Shown piece after piece: positions 17,196 to 28,031 of a stretch of 64,000 nt of DNA; the first letter of the stretch is position 1, and each line of letters begins with the position of its first letter. The stretch lies in NCBI GenBank assembly GCA_036337435.1, contig JAYZEG010000069.1, positions 14,893-78,892 on the forward strand. The letters run 5' to 3'. Made by a program: the position numbers and the translations under genes. Under the pieces are notes generated by a model. The model was not told the DNA's origin. It did not search any database and saw only the letters and a program-made list of their open reading frames with translations. The stretch is from Myxococcota bacterium. Its GTDB lineage: Bacteria > Myxococcota_A > Bradymonadia > UBA7976 > UBA1532.

Positions 17196-18386
17196 TTAGT
17201 CGGTGCTTGCGGCTAACTTTCGCAAATGGGCACCGATGACGACTTTCTGAATTTCGCTGGTGCCTTCGTAAATTCTCAGGGCACGAATTTCTCGATAGAG
17301 GCGTTCGACCGCAACGCCCCGGGTCACGCCAAGACCACCAAAAATTTGGACAGCGCGGTCAATAATTCTTTGGGCCGCTTCCGTGGCAAATAACTTACCC
17401 ATGGCGACCTCAGAGCTCACGCGATCAGTAGACAGGTCGCGACGATAGGCCGCTCTGAAAACCAAAAGCCGCGCCGCCGTGAGTTCCGTTGCGCTGTCTG
17501 CCAGATACGCCATGATTTGCTGTTGTTCAAAAATCGGTTTGCCAAACTGTGTCCGTTCAAGAGCTCGATGAAGGCCTTCATCGAGAGCCCGTTGAGCCAT
17601 ACCGATGGCAGCACCAGCAACCGTCGTCCTAAAAACATCCAGTGTGCCCATCGCAATCTTGAATCCATCGCCTTCCTGTCCAAGTAGGCGATTTTTAGGA
17701 ATGCGACAATTGTCGAAAATCAACGTACCGATGGGATGTGGTGCGATCACCTCAAAGCGCTCCACAGACAGACCCGGGTCATCGGGTTCGATAATGAATG
17801 CGCTCATACCGCGTCGCCCCTTTTCAGGATGCGTCTTGGCGAAGAGGACGTACTGTCCTGCGATACCCGCGTTGCTGATATACGTCTTTTGGCCGTTGAC
17901 GATGTAGCTGTCGCCCGAGGCTTCAGCCAAACAGCTCATAGAGGCGACATCACTGCCCGCATTGGGTTCGGTCAAAGCGAAAGCGCCCAAAGACTGACCG
18001 GCCAGTACCGCAGGCAAATAGGTTTGCTTTTGTTGGGTCGTGCCTGCCAAAGTGATTGGGTAACTGCCCAAGCCCTGCATCGCGAACGCTGTATCAAGTA
18101 AGGCATCTGACCAGCCAAGGCTCTCTCGGATTAATGTCAATGCCCGGGTGTCGAGGCCGTCTGGTCGACCGATGGCTGCGCCACCAAATCGTTCGGGTAC
18201 GCAATACTGGGTGAGCCCAGCTTGAGTCAGTTGGGAAACGGCCTTGAGGGTCGCTTCATCTTCGTCCCGTTGGTCGTCCAGCGTCCATTCCGATGCAAAA
18301 CGAGCCGCTTTTTCTGCGATGGCATGATGGTCTTCATCGAAGAAGAAATCTAAGTCAGCCGTTGATGGTTCCGGCGCGTGTTTCAT
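17196..18386 (-). CDS. Acyl-CoA dehydrogenase
   Basis: 396-aa ORF with ACAD motifs: GAFALTEPNAGSD, YISNAG, and C-terminal RIYEGTSEIQ. Confidence 0.92.
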   Translation of the reverse strand: MKHAPEPSTADLDFFFDEDHHAIAEKAARFASEWTLDDQRDEDEATLKAVSQLTQAGLTQYCVPERFGGAAIGRPDGLDTRALTLIRESLGWSDALLDTAFAMQGLGSYPITLAGTTQQKQTYLPAVLAGQSLGAFALTEPNAGSDVASMSCLAEASGDSYIVNGQKTYISNAGIAGQYVLFAKTHPEKGRRGMSAFIIEPDDPGLSVERFEVIAPHPIGTLIFDNCRIPKNRLLGQEGDGFKIAMGTLDVFRTTVAGAAIGMAQRALDEGLHRALERTQFGKPIFEQQQIMAYLADSATELTAARLLVFRAAYRRDLSTDRVSSEVAMGKLFATEAAQRIIDRAVQIFGGLGVTRGVAVERLYREIRALRIYEGTSEIQKVVIGAHLRKLAASTD

Positions 18387-19186
18387 TGTGAAAAGTCCTT
18401 AAAATTGGGAAACCGCTTTTCCACCCGGGCGTCATGTGCCTCGCGGAAATCGGGATGCGCCATACAGATGGCCTGTGCTTGAGCCTCTGCCTCAATGGCT
18501 TCTTCCAGGGATAAATGTGCTTCATCCTCCACCATTTTCTTGGTCATCGCATTGGCGAATGCCGGTCCATTTGCCATTGTTTTCGCCAACTCAAGTGCCC
18601 GGTCAAACACAGAATCGCCTTCAACCAAGTGGTTGGCTAAGCCGATTTCCCTCATCCGTTCAGCATGGATGATTTCACCGGTTAGCAGTAATTCCGATGC
18701 GTGTCCTAAGCCAACAATTCTTGGCAGGAGATAAGCGGAACCCATGTCAGCACCGCAAAGACCGACTTGCGGGAAAACGCAGCCAAATTTTGCTTTTGGC
18801 CCGACCACCCGGACGTCGCAGGCAAGTGCCATCACAGCACCAGCACCGACTGCAGCACCCTGGATTGCGGCGATTACGGGCTTATTGACCCTTCGGATGT
18901 TTTGAATCAATGCTCCGGTTACCCGGGTAAACGCCAAGAGCCCAGGCATATCTCGAGAAAACAGTTGACCGATGATGTCATCGACATCACCACCTGCACA
19001 AAAGGCGCGCCCTGCACCTCGAAGAACGAGAGCACCAATATCAGACCGGCCGTTCAAATAGCTGAAGAAGTCCCTGAGTTCCTCATAGCTTTCGAACGTC
19101 AACGCATTGAGTCGGTTCGGTCGATTTAATGTAATGATGCCGACTCGATGCTGAATCTCAAAATCAAAATGTTTCGGGGTCATCAC
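18383..19186 (-). CDS. Enoyl-CoA hydratase/isomerase (crotonase family)
   Basis: 267-aa ORF with FCAGGDV and KPVIAAIQGAAVGAGAVMALACD. 4-nt overlaps with both neighbours. Confidence 0.9.
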   Translation of the reverse strand: MMTPKHFDFEIQHRVGIITLNRPNRLNALTFESYEELRDFFSYLNGRSDIGALVLRGAGRAFCAGGDVDDIIGQLFSRDMPGLLAFTRVTGALIQNIRRVNKPVIAAIQGAAVGAGAVMALACDVRVVGPKAKFGCVFPQVGLCGADMGSAYLLPRIVGLGHASELLLTGEIIHAERMREIGLANHLVEGDSVFDRALELAKTMANGPAFANAMTKKMVEDEAHLSLEEAIEAEAQAQAICMAHPDFREAHDARVEKRFPNFKDFSQ

Positions 19187-19593
19187 ACTTTCTCCAATGG
19201 CAAAGCCGCCGTCGTTTCAATTTCTAATAGTGCGTCTGGTTCGACCAATTCCGTCACGGCAACCAGGGCCATTGCCGGGTACCAACGGCCCATGTGTTTG
19301 CGCCAAATTGGACCTAAATCCCTGAGGCATGTCCGATAGGCGTCCATATTGGTCACGTAGATGGTCATGCGCGTGATGTGAGAGGCGTCTCCACCCGCAG
19401 CTCTCAGGACAGCCAAGGTGTTTTCAAGTGCTTGGTCAAATTGGCCTAAAAATGTCTTATCTTCGAATACATTTGCCGCTGTCCAACCTATCTGACCACC
19501 AATAAAGAGCATCCGACCTTCACCGATAATGCCGTTGCTATACCCCCTCGGTGCGGGCCATCCATCTGGATTTATGATTTCTGTCGTACTCAT
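19183..19593 (-). CDS. RidA/YjgF/L-PSP family protein
   Basis: 136-aa ORF with the typical length and pattern (PRGYSNGI...GQIG...ARTCL...VEIE-like C-terminus). Confidence 0.8.
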   Translation of the reverse strand: MSTTEIINPDGWPAPRGYSNGIIGEGRMLFIGGQIGWTAANVFEDKTFLGQFDQALENTLAVLRAAGGDASHITRMTIYVTNMDAYRTCLRDLGPIWRKHMGRWYPAMALVAVTELVEPDALLEIETTAALPLEKV

Positions 19594-20354
19594 TTCATCA
19601 CCTGTCCGCCGTCCAGCACGACGGTTTGTCCATTGATGCCACGCGCTTCATAAGGGAGTAAGCTCATGACCGCATGGCTGACTTCATCGACGCCAATGAG
19701 TCTGCCTTGGGGATTCATTCGTTCCAAGGCAACACGGGCGTTATTCTCGTCCCGACCCGTCGCATCACTAATTTTTTCGATGGCTGCTGTGGTCATGTCA
19801 GTGTCGACAAATCCAGGGCAGATGGCGTTGATGGTCACACCGGTTTTTGCGTACTCGGCGGCCAATGAACGCATCAGGCCAACCACGCCATGTTTCGATG
19901 CACAGTAGGCAGATGTGTAGGCATATCCTGTCAGCCCAGCGTTACTTGCCACAAACACAATCCGACCCTCACCGTGTTGAACCATTTTCGGCAGGCAACG
20001 CTTTGTCAGTACAAAATTAGCTGTGAGATTGACCTGAATGGTCTGTGTCCAAATATCAAGGGTTGTTTGTGTCAGGGGCGCGCTCGTTGCAATGCCCGCG
20101 TTGTTGATCAGAACGCCGATGGGGCCGACATGGGCGTCGACCCAATCAACACCGTTGTTAATAGAGTCTATTTCTGACAAATCCATGGTCAGTGGCACAC
20201 CATTAATTTCTCGAGCTAAGTCATCAACGGCCGATGTCGTGCGTGCAGCGCAAACGACTCGATAGCCTGCTTTCGACAAGTCCTTTGCGATCCGCCGACC
20301 GATGCCGCGCGACGCACCCGTGACCAAGGCGATGGTATTCTGTTTTGTATTCAT
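19590..20354 (-). CDS. Short-chain dehydrogenase/reductase (SDR)
   Basis: The ORF is open from 20399, but the ATG at 20354 (after AAGG) gives MNTKQNTIALVTGASRGIG, the TGxxxGxG motif. Also NNAG and YCASKHG (YxxxK). Confidence 0.9.
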   Translation of the reverse strand: MNTKQNTIALVTGASRGIGRRIAKDLSKAGYRVVCAARTTSAVDDLAREINGVPLTMDLSEIDSINNGVDWVDAHVGPIGVLINNAGIATSAPLTQTTLDIWTQTIQVNLTANFVLTKRCLPKMVQHGEGRIVFVASNAGLTGYAYTSAYCASKHGVVGLMRSLAAEYAKTGVTINAICPGFVDTDMTTAAIEKISDATGRDENNARVALERMNPQGRLIGVDEVSHAVMSLLPYEARGINGQTVVLDGGQVMK

Positions 20355-20426
20355 CCTTGTAGCCTGCACTAGCCCGATGAATGGATCAACTGGCAACACG
20401 TATCAACTCCGTCTAATCTGTTTATT

Positions 20427-21812
20427 ATGAAGCGTTATCGAGCAGACTTTGTGATCGCAGACTCTGGCATCGTCGAAAGTGGTGTCCTGACCATCAAGGG
20501 CGGCCGGATTGTCGAGGTCGGCACTGGACCCTACGACATTGATTTGGGGTCTGTTGCCGTTATGCCGGGGCTCGTCAATGCCCACAGCCATGCTTTTCAG
20601 CGGATTCTACGCGGTCGAACAGAATATTTAGATTCGGCTCGACCAGACGAAGACTTTTGGAGTTGGCGTACATTGATGTACCGAGCAACTGAAGACTTCA
20701 AACCCGATGAGCTCAGCGTGGTTTCCAAGATGGCATTTCTTGAAATGGCAACCACGGGGATCACCACGGTGGGTGAATTTCATTATATCCACCATCAGCC
20801 TGATGGACGTGAATATGCTGATCCCAACGAATTGGCCAATCGGGTGATTCAAGCAGCACTCGATGTGGGCCTACGGATTACTCTGCTCAATGTTGCATAT
20901 CATCGTGGCGGCTTTAATCGGCCGCTCGTCGACCGTCAACTCAGATTCGTTGACCGAACTCTAGACCGGTATTTGCTCAGGACAGAGGCTATGCATGCCC
21001 ATTGGCGTGCTCATCCTCAAGTCGACGTTGGCTTTGCACCCCACAGCATTCGTGCTGTTCCGGCGGATTGGTTGCGAGAGATTGCTGATCGGGCATCTCA
21101 GACAGAGCAAGTCATCCATATTCACGCCTGTGAACAGCGTCAAGAACTCGCACAGTCCAGAGACGAATATCAAAAAGGCCCTATTTCAGTTTTAGATGAT
21201 GTGGGCCTGCTCGGTCGGCGGACCACACTTGTTCATGCCACCCATATCGACGCGGCTGATGCTGAGCGTCTGGCTCGTTCCAAGACCGGAGTTTGCCTGT
21301 GTCCTACGACGGAGCAGAACCTCGGCGATGGATTTGTCCCGGCGCACCTGCTCAATGCCCACGGTGTGCCCATTTGTGTTGGGTCTGACAGTCAGATCGA
21401 AATCGACTTGTGGCAAGATGTGAGACTGATCGAGTATCAGCAACGCCTACGGGATGAACGCCGCAATGTCCTCGCGCGCTATGTATCCCAATCTGACGAA
21501 AAGTCTGTGTCCAAACTTCAAACAGCAAGCACCCTCTGGCCCTCGCTACACAGCCATGGCGCACGCGCCCTTGGCGTCAACGCAGGCCGATTGGCGGCGG
21601 GACACCTTGCCGATTTTATTACAGTTGATTTGAACCATCCGTCCATGGCGGGCGTCGTCACCGGCGACCTCATTTCGCAGCTGATGTTTGGCGTGAAGAC
21701 CCAGGCTGTCAGAGATGTTTTCGTCGGTGGAAAAGCCATCGTCGAGGCGGGGCGACACCCAGGACAAGCCCAAATCGTCGCTGACTACCAGCAGTACGTA
21801 CAGAGTCGATAG
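20427..21812 (+). CDS. Amidohydrolase-superfamily deaminase, formimidoylglutamate deiminase (HutF)-like
   Basis: 461-aa ORF with PGLVNAHSHAFQRILRG (metal-binding HxH plus the AFQR context typical of HutF-like enzymes) and later HATH and GSDS motifs. No other hut genes are nearby. Confidence 0.65.
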   Translation: MKRYRADFVIADSGIVESGVLTIKGGRIVEVGTGPYDIDLGSVAVMPGLVNAHSHAFQRILRGRTEYLDSARPDEDFWSWRTLMYRATEDFKPDELSVVSKMAFLEMATTGITTVGEFHYIHHQPDGREYADPNELANRVIQAALDVGLRITLLNVAYHRGGFNRPLVDRQLRFVDRTLDRYLLRTEAMHAHWRAHPQVDVGFAPHSIRAVPADWLREIADRASQTEQVIHIHACEQRQELAQSRDEYQKGPISVLDDVGLLGRRTTLVHATHIDAADAERLARSKTGVCLCPTTEQNLGDGFVPAHLLNAHGVPICVGSDSQIEIDLWQDVRLIEYQQRLRDERRNVLARYVSQSDEKSVSKLQTASTLWPSLHSHGARALGVNAGRLAAGHLADFITVDLNHPSMAGVVTGDLISQLMFGVKTQAVRDVFVGGKAIVEAGRHPGQAQIVADYQQYVQSR

Positions 21813-21848
21813 CGGGGTCATCGACCCAAGCTGGATGTGTGAGCCGCC

Positions 21849-24263
21849 TCAGCCGACGACAAAATTGATCATTCGACCTGGGACAAAAATTTCTTTTCGA
21901 ATGGTCTTGCCTTCGATATGCCGTTGAATATTGTCCAGGGTGCGCGCCTGGGCCAATGCCGCGTCCTTGGCAATCTCGCGAGGCAATTCGATTTGTGCAC
22001 GCATTTTCCCGTTGATGGCGACGGCGTATGTTTGCAGCTGATCGATGAGCAAGGCTGGGTCGAATTGCGGCCACTTAACATAAGCAATGCTTTCCGGATG
22101 GCCCAGTCGCGCCCAAACTTCTTCACTGAAATGTGGGGCAAATGGAGCCATTAATTGAACTAAAATCTCTAAAGTCTCTCGCCCATGGTGGTTGGACTTC
22201 GTCAGTAAATTCGTGAGCTCCATCATCGATGCGATGGCTGTATTGAAACGCATGCCTTCAATGTCCTCAGTGACCTTCTTGATGGTGCGGTGGAGCGCCT
22301 TTTGAATGTCGTTTGGAGCAGGCTTGTTGTCAGCTCGAAGCTCGCCCGTATCGGGATCGATCGCGAGTCTCCAGATTCGGTCGAGGAGTCGTCTGACACC
22401 ATCGACGCCTGCCGTCTTCCATGGCTTGGTCGCTTCCAGGGGACCCATGAACATCTCGAAAAGTCTCATGGCATCGGCGCCATACTCGGTGACCACGTCA
22501 TCCGGGTTAATGACATTGCCCCGTGACTTAGACATTTTTTGATTGTCTTCCCCGAGAATAATGCCCTGGTGGATGAGTTTCATAAAGGGTTCTGGCGTGC
22601 TGACATGGCCTAAATCATAGAGCACTTTGTGCCAGAAACGCGCGTAGAGCAGATGCAGCACAGCGTGTTCTGCACCGCCGACATAGAGGTCGACTGGCAT
22701 CCAGTACTTTTCTTTCTCGGGGTCCCAAGGCTGTTCTTCATTATGAGGATCGATGTAGCGTAAGTAGTACCAACATGAGCCCGCCCATTGCGGCATTGTG
22801 TTGGTTTCACGCCGGCCATTGCGCCCATCTTCCAGAGTGACATTGACCCAATCGGGTACATTAGAAAGTGGGCTCTCGCCGCTTCCAGACGGCTTATAAT
22901 TCTCCGTCTCCGGTAATCTGATCGGGAGTTCAGATTGTTCGGCGAGAATGATTTCACCGTCTTCAGCATGGATGATGGGGAAGGGTTCGCCCCAGTAACG
23001 CTGCCTAGAAAACAACCAGTCGCGCAACTTATAATTAATCGTCCCTTTGCCGGCTTGATTGGATTCCAGCCACTCGATGATGGTCTTCTTCGCGTCCGCG
23101 ACAGACAGGCCATTTAAGAGCTCGCTGTTGATCAGTTCGCCCTGCCCAACATAGGCAGCTTCATCAATGTTGCCCCCAGAAATGACTTCAACGATAGGCA
23201 AATCAAAGGTCTTGGCAAAGTCCCAGTCTCGTTGGTCGTGGCCCGGAACTGCCATGATTGCACCGGTCCCGTATGAGGCTAAGACATAGTCGCTAATCCA
23301 GATTGGAACGCTGTCCCCATTCACTGGATTCGTTGCGTACGCACCTGTGAATACGCCGGTTTTAGTCGAGACGTCCTGTACACGGTCTCGTTCAGACCGG
23401 CGGGCGGCTTTCTCTACATAAGCCCCCACCTCCGCAGACGCCTCGTCCGTCGTGATTTTTTCGACGAGATGATGCTCAGGGGCCAGAACCATGTAGGTGG
23501 CACCAAACAGAGTGTCTGGACGGGTCGTAAAGACCGTGACCTGAGCATCATGGTCGTTGACCTTGAAGTCGACTTCAGCACCGAAACTTTGCCCGATCCA
23601 TTCTTCTTGCATCACTCGAGTGCCAGTTGGCCAATCAACCAATTTGAGATCATCGAGTAGACGGTCAGCATATTCGGTAATCTTCAGCATCCACTGCCGC
23701 ATCGGGCGACGAATGACCGGATGACCGCCCCGCTCGCTCTTCCCATCGATCACCTCTTCATTGGCGAGTACTGTCCCGAGTTCAGGGCACCAATTGACGG
23801 GGACTTCTGCAATGTATGCCAGACCCTTTTTGTATAATTCACAAAAGATCCACTGGGTCCACTTGTAGTAATCTGGATCAGTCGTGTTGACTTCGCGATC
23901 CCAGTCGTAACTAAAGCCGAGCATTTTGAGTTGACGTCTAAACGTGTCGATGTTCTTGGCTGTTGTTGCCGCAGGATGCGTCCCGGTCTGGAGCGCGTAT
24001 TGTTCGGCGGGTAAACCGAATGCGTCCCACCCCATGGGATGGAGAACGTTGTAGCCACACTTCCGTTTGTAGCGACACATGATGTCCGTGGCCGTGTAGC
24101 CCTCGGGATGCCCAACATGAAGCCCCGACCCGGATGGATATGGAAACATATCCAGGCAGTAATACTTCGGTTTTGAGGTATCATCATTGACACGGAAGGT
24201 CTTATTTTTGTCCCAATACGCCTGCCATTTGGGTTCGATGATCGAAGGGTCATACTTGGCCAT
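21849..24263 (-). CDS. leuS: Leucyl-tRNA synthetase
   Basis: 804-aa ORF with the class-I HIGH motif ([16 protein letters not shown]), KMSKS (QKMSKSRGN) and a bacterial LeuS N-terminus ([15 protein letters not shown]). Confidence 0.97.
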   Translation of the reverse strand: MAKYDPSIIEPKWQAYWDKNKTFRVNDDTSKPKYYCLDMFPYPSGSGLHVGHPEGYTATDIMCRYKRKCGYNVLHPMGWDAFGLPAEQYALQTGTHPAATTAKNIDTFRRQLKMLGFSYDWDREVNTTDPDYYKWTQWIFCELYKKGLAYIAEVPVNWCPELGTVLANEEVIDGKSERGGHPVIRRPMRQWMLKITEYADRLLDDLKLVDWPTGTRVMQEEWIGQSFGAEVDFKVNDHDAQVTVFTTRPDTLFGATYMVLAPEHHLVEKITTDEASAEVGAYVEKAARRSERDRVQDVSTKTGVFTGAYATNPVNGDSVPIWISDYVLASYGTGAIMAVPGHDQRDWDFAKTFDLPIVEVISGGNIDEAAYVGQGELINSELLNGLSVADAKKTIIEWLESNQAGKGTINYKLRDWLFSRQRYWGEPFPIIHAEDGEIILAEQSELPIRLPETENYKPSGSGESPLSNVPDWVNVTLEDGRNGRRETNTMPQWAGSCWYYLRYIDPHNEEQPWDPEKEKYWMPVDLYVGGAEHAVLHLLYARFWHKVLYDLGHVSTPEPFMKLIHQGIILGEDNQKMSKSRGNVINPDDVVTEYGADAMRLFEMFMGPLEATKPWKTAGVDGVRRLLDRIWRLAIDPDTGELRADNKPAPNDIQKALHRTIKKVTEDIEGMRFNTAIASMMELTNLLTKSNHHGRETLEILVQLMAPFAPHFSEEVWARLGHPESIAYVKWPQFDPALLIDQLQTYAVAINGKMRAQIELPREIAKDAALAQARTLDNIQRHIEGKTIRKEIFVPGRMINFVVG

Positions 24264-24372
24264 TTTGCTCAGTGTCCTTTAGATTCTAGTCGAGAAGGTG
24301 CGGAGCATACCGTTCGTGAATGCAGGGTGCAACGGCATCGATTATGCTAGAACAGACCACTGCCGAAAACCC

Positions 24373-25197
24373 ATGCCAAAATTAACCGTTGGAGGATTTG
24401 TGTCGAAGTTGTTTTGGACCAGCTTAATCATCATCGCGCTGACGGTCTTGGTGATTCTTGCGTTCCAGCGGCGGATCCTATTTCCGACGCATCTCTTACC
24501 TGACGTGAGCAAAGACGACCGTCCCCCTCGAGGCATTGAGCAACTTTGGCTGGGACAGCCGAATGACGGTGTCGAAGCGTGGCTCATGAAACCCAAAGAG
24601 CCCCATCGGACGTCAATGCAGTCAATTGTCCTATTTTTCCATGGGAATGCCGAACTTATCGACGACCTGACCGACCATATCCGCCCCTATCTCGCCGCAG
24701 GATTGAGTGTGGCATTGATGGAATACCGCGGATATGGACGAAGTGCTGGCTCACCTAGCCAATCGGGACTCATCGATGATGCTGTCGAGTTGAGAGCGTT
24801 GCTGATAAATCGATATGGATTTACAGCCGATCGATTCTATTATCATGGACGGTCCCTTGGCGGGGGGGTTGCGACAGGCCTGGCGAATCGTCATCCACCG
24901 AGAGGCCTGATCTTAGAGAGTACATTTGCCAGCATTCGGAGTATTGCTGCACGGATGCTGATCCCCGGTTTTCTTGTCCTCGATCCTTTCGATTCAGAGC
25001 GGGTACTCAAAACGTTAGACTGCCCCATTTTGATCATGCACGGCCGGTCCGATTCGATTGTTCCCGTGGCCCACGGTCAGAGACTTGCTGATGCATCGAA
25101 GGATGGCATTCTGCAATTGTTTGATGCCGGGCATAATGACCTGTCCATGCACGCCGAGAGGTATTGGGCATCGATATTGGACTTCATTAAACGCTAA
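24373..25197 (+). CDS. Membrane-anchored alpha/beta hydrolase
   Basis: The ORF is open from GTG at 24298, only 34 nt from the divergent leuS start, so the ATG at 24373 is more plausible. It has an N-terminal TM segment, the nucleophile elbow HGRSLGGG, and late D and H residues (MHGRSD...AGHND). Confidence 0.75.
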   Translation: MPKLTVGGFVSKLFWTSLIIIALTVLVILAFQRRILFPTHLLPDVSKDDRPPRGIEQLWLGQPNDGVEAWLMKPKEPHRTSMQSIVLFFHGNAELIDDLTDHIRPYLAAGLSVALMEYRGYGRSAGSPSQSGLIDDAVELRALLINRYGFTADRFYYHGRSLGGGVATGLANRHPPRGLILESTFASIRSIAARMLIPGFLVLDPFDSERVLKTLDCPILIMHGRSDSIVPVAHGQRLADASKDGILQLFDAGHNDLSMHAERYWASILDFIKR

Positions 25198-25307
25198 ATT
25201 TGCGAAAATTGAGTGACAAATTGAACTCAGATGCACGAACGGACTTGTACACAGGCTTCGATTGCCTTATGTGGGCCTCGCACATTCGTTTTGAGTTGCT
25301 TGGTTTG

Positions 25308-26276
25308 ATGTATTTCTGTGGAGGCGTCGTGCGCATCTTAGTCGGAGATATCGGCGGGACAAATTCTCGTTTTGCCGTTTATGACGGGTCGTCGATCAGT
25401 CGCCTTGAGCTGTACTTGAACAAGGATGTTGACCAAATCGATGACCTTGTTGAAGACCTCGTCCGTCGTAATCCTGACGTCGCGGGCGTCAGCATCGGAA
25501 TTGCCGGACCCGTCCAGGACCAAACAGTCAGAATGCTGAATTTTGACTGGACCCTGTGTGGGGATGCTTTGTCTCATCGTCTCGATAAACCAGTGCTCTT
25601 ACTCAATGATTTCCACGCTCAAGCCTATGCCGTCCCTCATCTCAGTCCCCAATCCTGGATCCCGCTGGACGAAATACCGCAACCAGAAAGGCGGAACATC
25701 GCGGTCATTGGGGCTGGAACAGGGCTAGGTGAGGCCATGTGTATCTGGACTGGCAATGAGTGGTTTCCTGTCGCGGGTGAGGGAAGTCATGTGCGGTTTG
25801 GACCGAAAGACGAACGCCAGATCCAAGTGTTGATCAAGTTGCTGGAGCGTTGGCCTGACCATGTCAGCGTTGAGCGCATTGTCAGCGGCCCGGGAATCGT
25901 CAATGTCTACGATGTTCTCAGGGGTGAGGCGGCCATCCATCCATCTGTTGAAGAGAGCGATAATCGGGCTGCTGCAATCAGTAAATTAGCCCTTGAAAAA
26001 GGCTGTCCGATCGCCATCGAAACCATCGACATGTTTGTCGATGTATTGGCCGATGAAGCCGCGAGCCTCGCCCTGAAATGTGCTGCAGGTTCAGTTTATA
26101 TCTCAGGTGGAATCCCGCCCAAGATCTTACCGATTGTCAAAGCGCGTTTCCGCGATGCTTTTCATCGAAAAGGCCGCTATCGGAATTACATGCAGGGCGT
26201 ACCGATTCGGATCGTCACAGAGCCCTACTTGGGACTGATAGGTGCGGGCATCGCGGCACGCCGACAGCGGACTTGA
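25308..26276 (+). CDS. glk: Glucokinase
   Basis: ILVGDIGGTNSRFAVY ATP-binding motif and a GAGTGLG segment. The ORF is open from 25200, and an internal start (ATG 25308 or GTG 25329 after GGAGG) is likely. Confidence 0.85.
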   Translation: MYFCGGVVRILVGDIGGTNSRFAVYDGSSISRLELYLNKDVDQIDDLVEDLVRRNPDVAGVSIGIAGPVQDQTVRMLNFDWTLCGDALSHRLDKPVLLLNDFHAQAYAVPHLSPQSWIPLDEIPQPERRNIAVIGAGTGLGEAMCIWTGNEWFPVAGEGSHVRFGPKDERQIQVLIKLLERWPDHVSVERIVSGPGIVNVYDVLRGEAAIHPSVEESDNRAAAISKLALEKGCPIAIETIDMFVDVLADEAASLALKCAAGSVYISGGIPPKILPIVKARFRDAFHRKGRYRNYMQGVPIRIVTEPYLGLIGAGIAARRQRT

Positions 26277-26316
26277 GTGCTGGAGACGCATCTATAATCG
26301 CGCCGGGTTGCCTAAG

Positions 26317-27849
26317 TTAAACCACGATACAGTGACCACCACGCCTCGAGTCAGCCCCCCCGGTTAGGTCGCCGTTGGCCATTCGGGCTGCACAATTCAC
26401 GCCCCCGAAAAACATGTGCGGCTTATTGAAGGGAACGAAGGCTTTTGTGTCGATACCGTCAAACCGTGCTCTTTGAGATTCGTCAAATATTTCGGCATTT
26501 AAAACGCCTGACTCATAGTGTAAACGCGGTGCTTTGACAGCATCGGCAGGCGCCATGTCTTCGTCGAGAATTCGTCCGAGAACTTGGAGGATAGCCGTCC
26601 GAATTCGGTTGGATCCGCCCGTTCCCATGACAAACATAGATCCATCGTCTGCTGAGACGATCGTTGGCGACATCATCGTCGCCAATCGTTGACCAGGCGT
26701 TGCCGTGCCAAGTCCCTTAGGCAAGAGATCTTCTTCGCCCAGAAAATTGTTCATCATGATGCCGGTGTTCCCAATTGGCCGTCCGTTACTCTCCCCATGA
26801 CTGAAGGTGACGCCCACAGCATTTCCCGCAGCATCCACGACACTGATGTGTGTGGTACACGATGGTCCTCCAGATTGGCTCGGTCCTTGAACAGAGCCCG
26901 TGACTCGTTCCAGATAGTCTCGCCTGCACCATTCACGATCTGTATCATCGTTCTTAAGTCGTCCGTGTAATCTTGCGCAGTCCGCAGTCGCCATGGCGGC
27001 ACAGAGGCGTCGTTCTCGGGTGGCCGCTGCGGATGCGTCAAGCTTGAAGAGCTGACGCATTAATCCAATCATAGGCCCACCCGCAGCAGGGAGTGGAATC
27101 GTGTGGAGTTGACCGCCTCCTGCATCGAGCACCAGCGGGAGACGTTCGATGACAGCGTAATCGTTCAAGTCTTCGGCAGTGAGTAAACCGCCATTATCGG
27201 GCCCAAATTGGTCTAGAATGAGATTGCGAAAGTGGCCCCCGTAGAATGTTTTCCAGCCTTGGTCAGCCATGTCTTCGAGCGTGTCGGCCAACACGGGAAG
27301 TCTGAATCGAGTGCCAATATCTAAATAGTCGCCCTCGGGTGCAAAAATCGCTCGGCTCGCGGCTGTCTCCGTCAAGATCGGCTTTAAAAATTGGGCGAGA
27401 GCGGCTTGCCCTGCACCGATGACAGCTCCATTTCTGAGGAGTGCGCAGGCGGGTTTAATGACCTCCGAGAGTGGTTGTGTTCCCCACCGCTCAAGCGCGA
27501 GACATAATCCAGGTATAACCCCCGGCACCCCTGCCGCGCCTTGGCCTACATAGAATTTTTGAGTTGTAGGCCCATAGTCCAGTTTGATGGGGTAGAAATC
27601 AAGATGAGGAACCTCTCCTTGGGCCAGCCTAGGCGCGTTCCCAAAAAAATCATGGACAATGGTCTGACCCGTCCGAGCAGAATGAACCATCATCATTCCG
27701 CCACCAGCAAGACTGGTCAGAGTGGGTTCTCCAGCCGCTACGGCAAAGCAGGCGCCCACGGCGGCATCGATTGCATTGCCGCCATTGGCTAAGATTTTTG
27801 CACCCGTCTCTGCTGTTGGGGTCGAACCTGCGGAAATCACGCCGTACAC
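26317..27849 (-). CDS. ggt: Gamma-glutamyltranspeptidase family protein
   Basis: 510-aa ORF with the autoprocessing/catalytic Thr context TTHISVVDAAGNAVGVTFS and GTGGSNRI. No obvious signal peptide. Confidence 0.88.
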   Translation of the reverse strand: MYGVISAGSTPTAETGAKILANGGNAIDAAVGACFAVAAGEPTLTSLAGGGMMMVHSARTGQTIVHDFFGNAPRLAQGEVPHLDFYPIKLDYGPTTQKFYVGQGAAGVPGVIPGLCLALERWGTQPLSEVIKPACALLRNGAVIGAGQAALAQFLKPILTETAASRAIFAPEGDYLDIGTRFRLPVLADTLEDMADQGWKTFYGGHFRNLILDQFGPDNGGLLTAEDLNDYAVIERLPLVLDAGGGQLHTIPLPAAGGPMIGLMRQLFKLDASAAATRERRLCAAMATADCARLHGRLKNDDTDREWCRRDYLERVTGSVQGPSQSGGPSCTTHISVVDAAGNAVGVTFSHGESNGRPIGNTGIMMNNFLGEEDLLPKGLGTATPGQRLATMMSPTIVSADDGSMFVMGTGGSNRIRTAILQVLGRILDEDMAPADAVKAPRLHYESGVLNAEIFDESQRARFDGIDTKAFVPFNKPHMFFGGVNCAARMANGDLTGGADSRRGGHCIVV

Positions 27850-28031
27850 AGTAGTCTATCTCCTACGAAGTCCCTGGCTATAAACTTGATGAACCATCGG
27901 CACCGATGTCCCGTCAAGGACTATCGGCGAGTCGGTCTATATTCTCACTTTAACCGAGGTACAAATCAGTCGTGCCTCGGCGCGGAGCCGGATGGTCGTT
28001 GGTCCATTGAGAATTTGTGCTGTGTGTCGGG

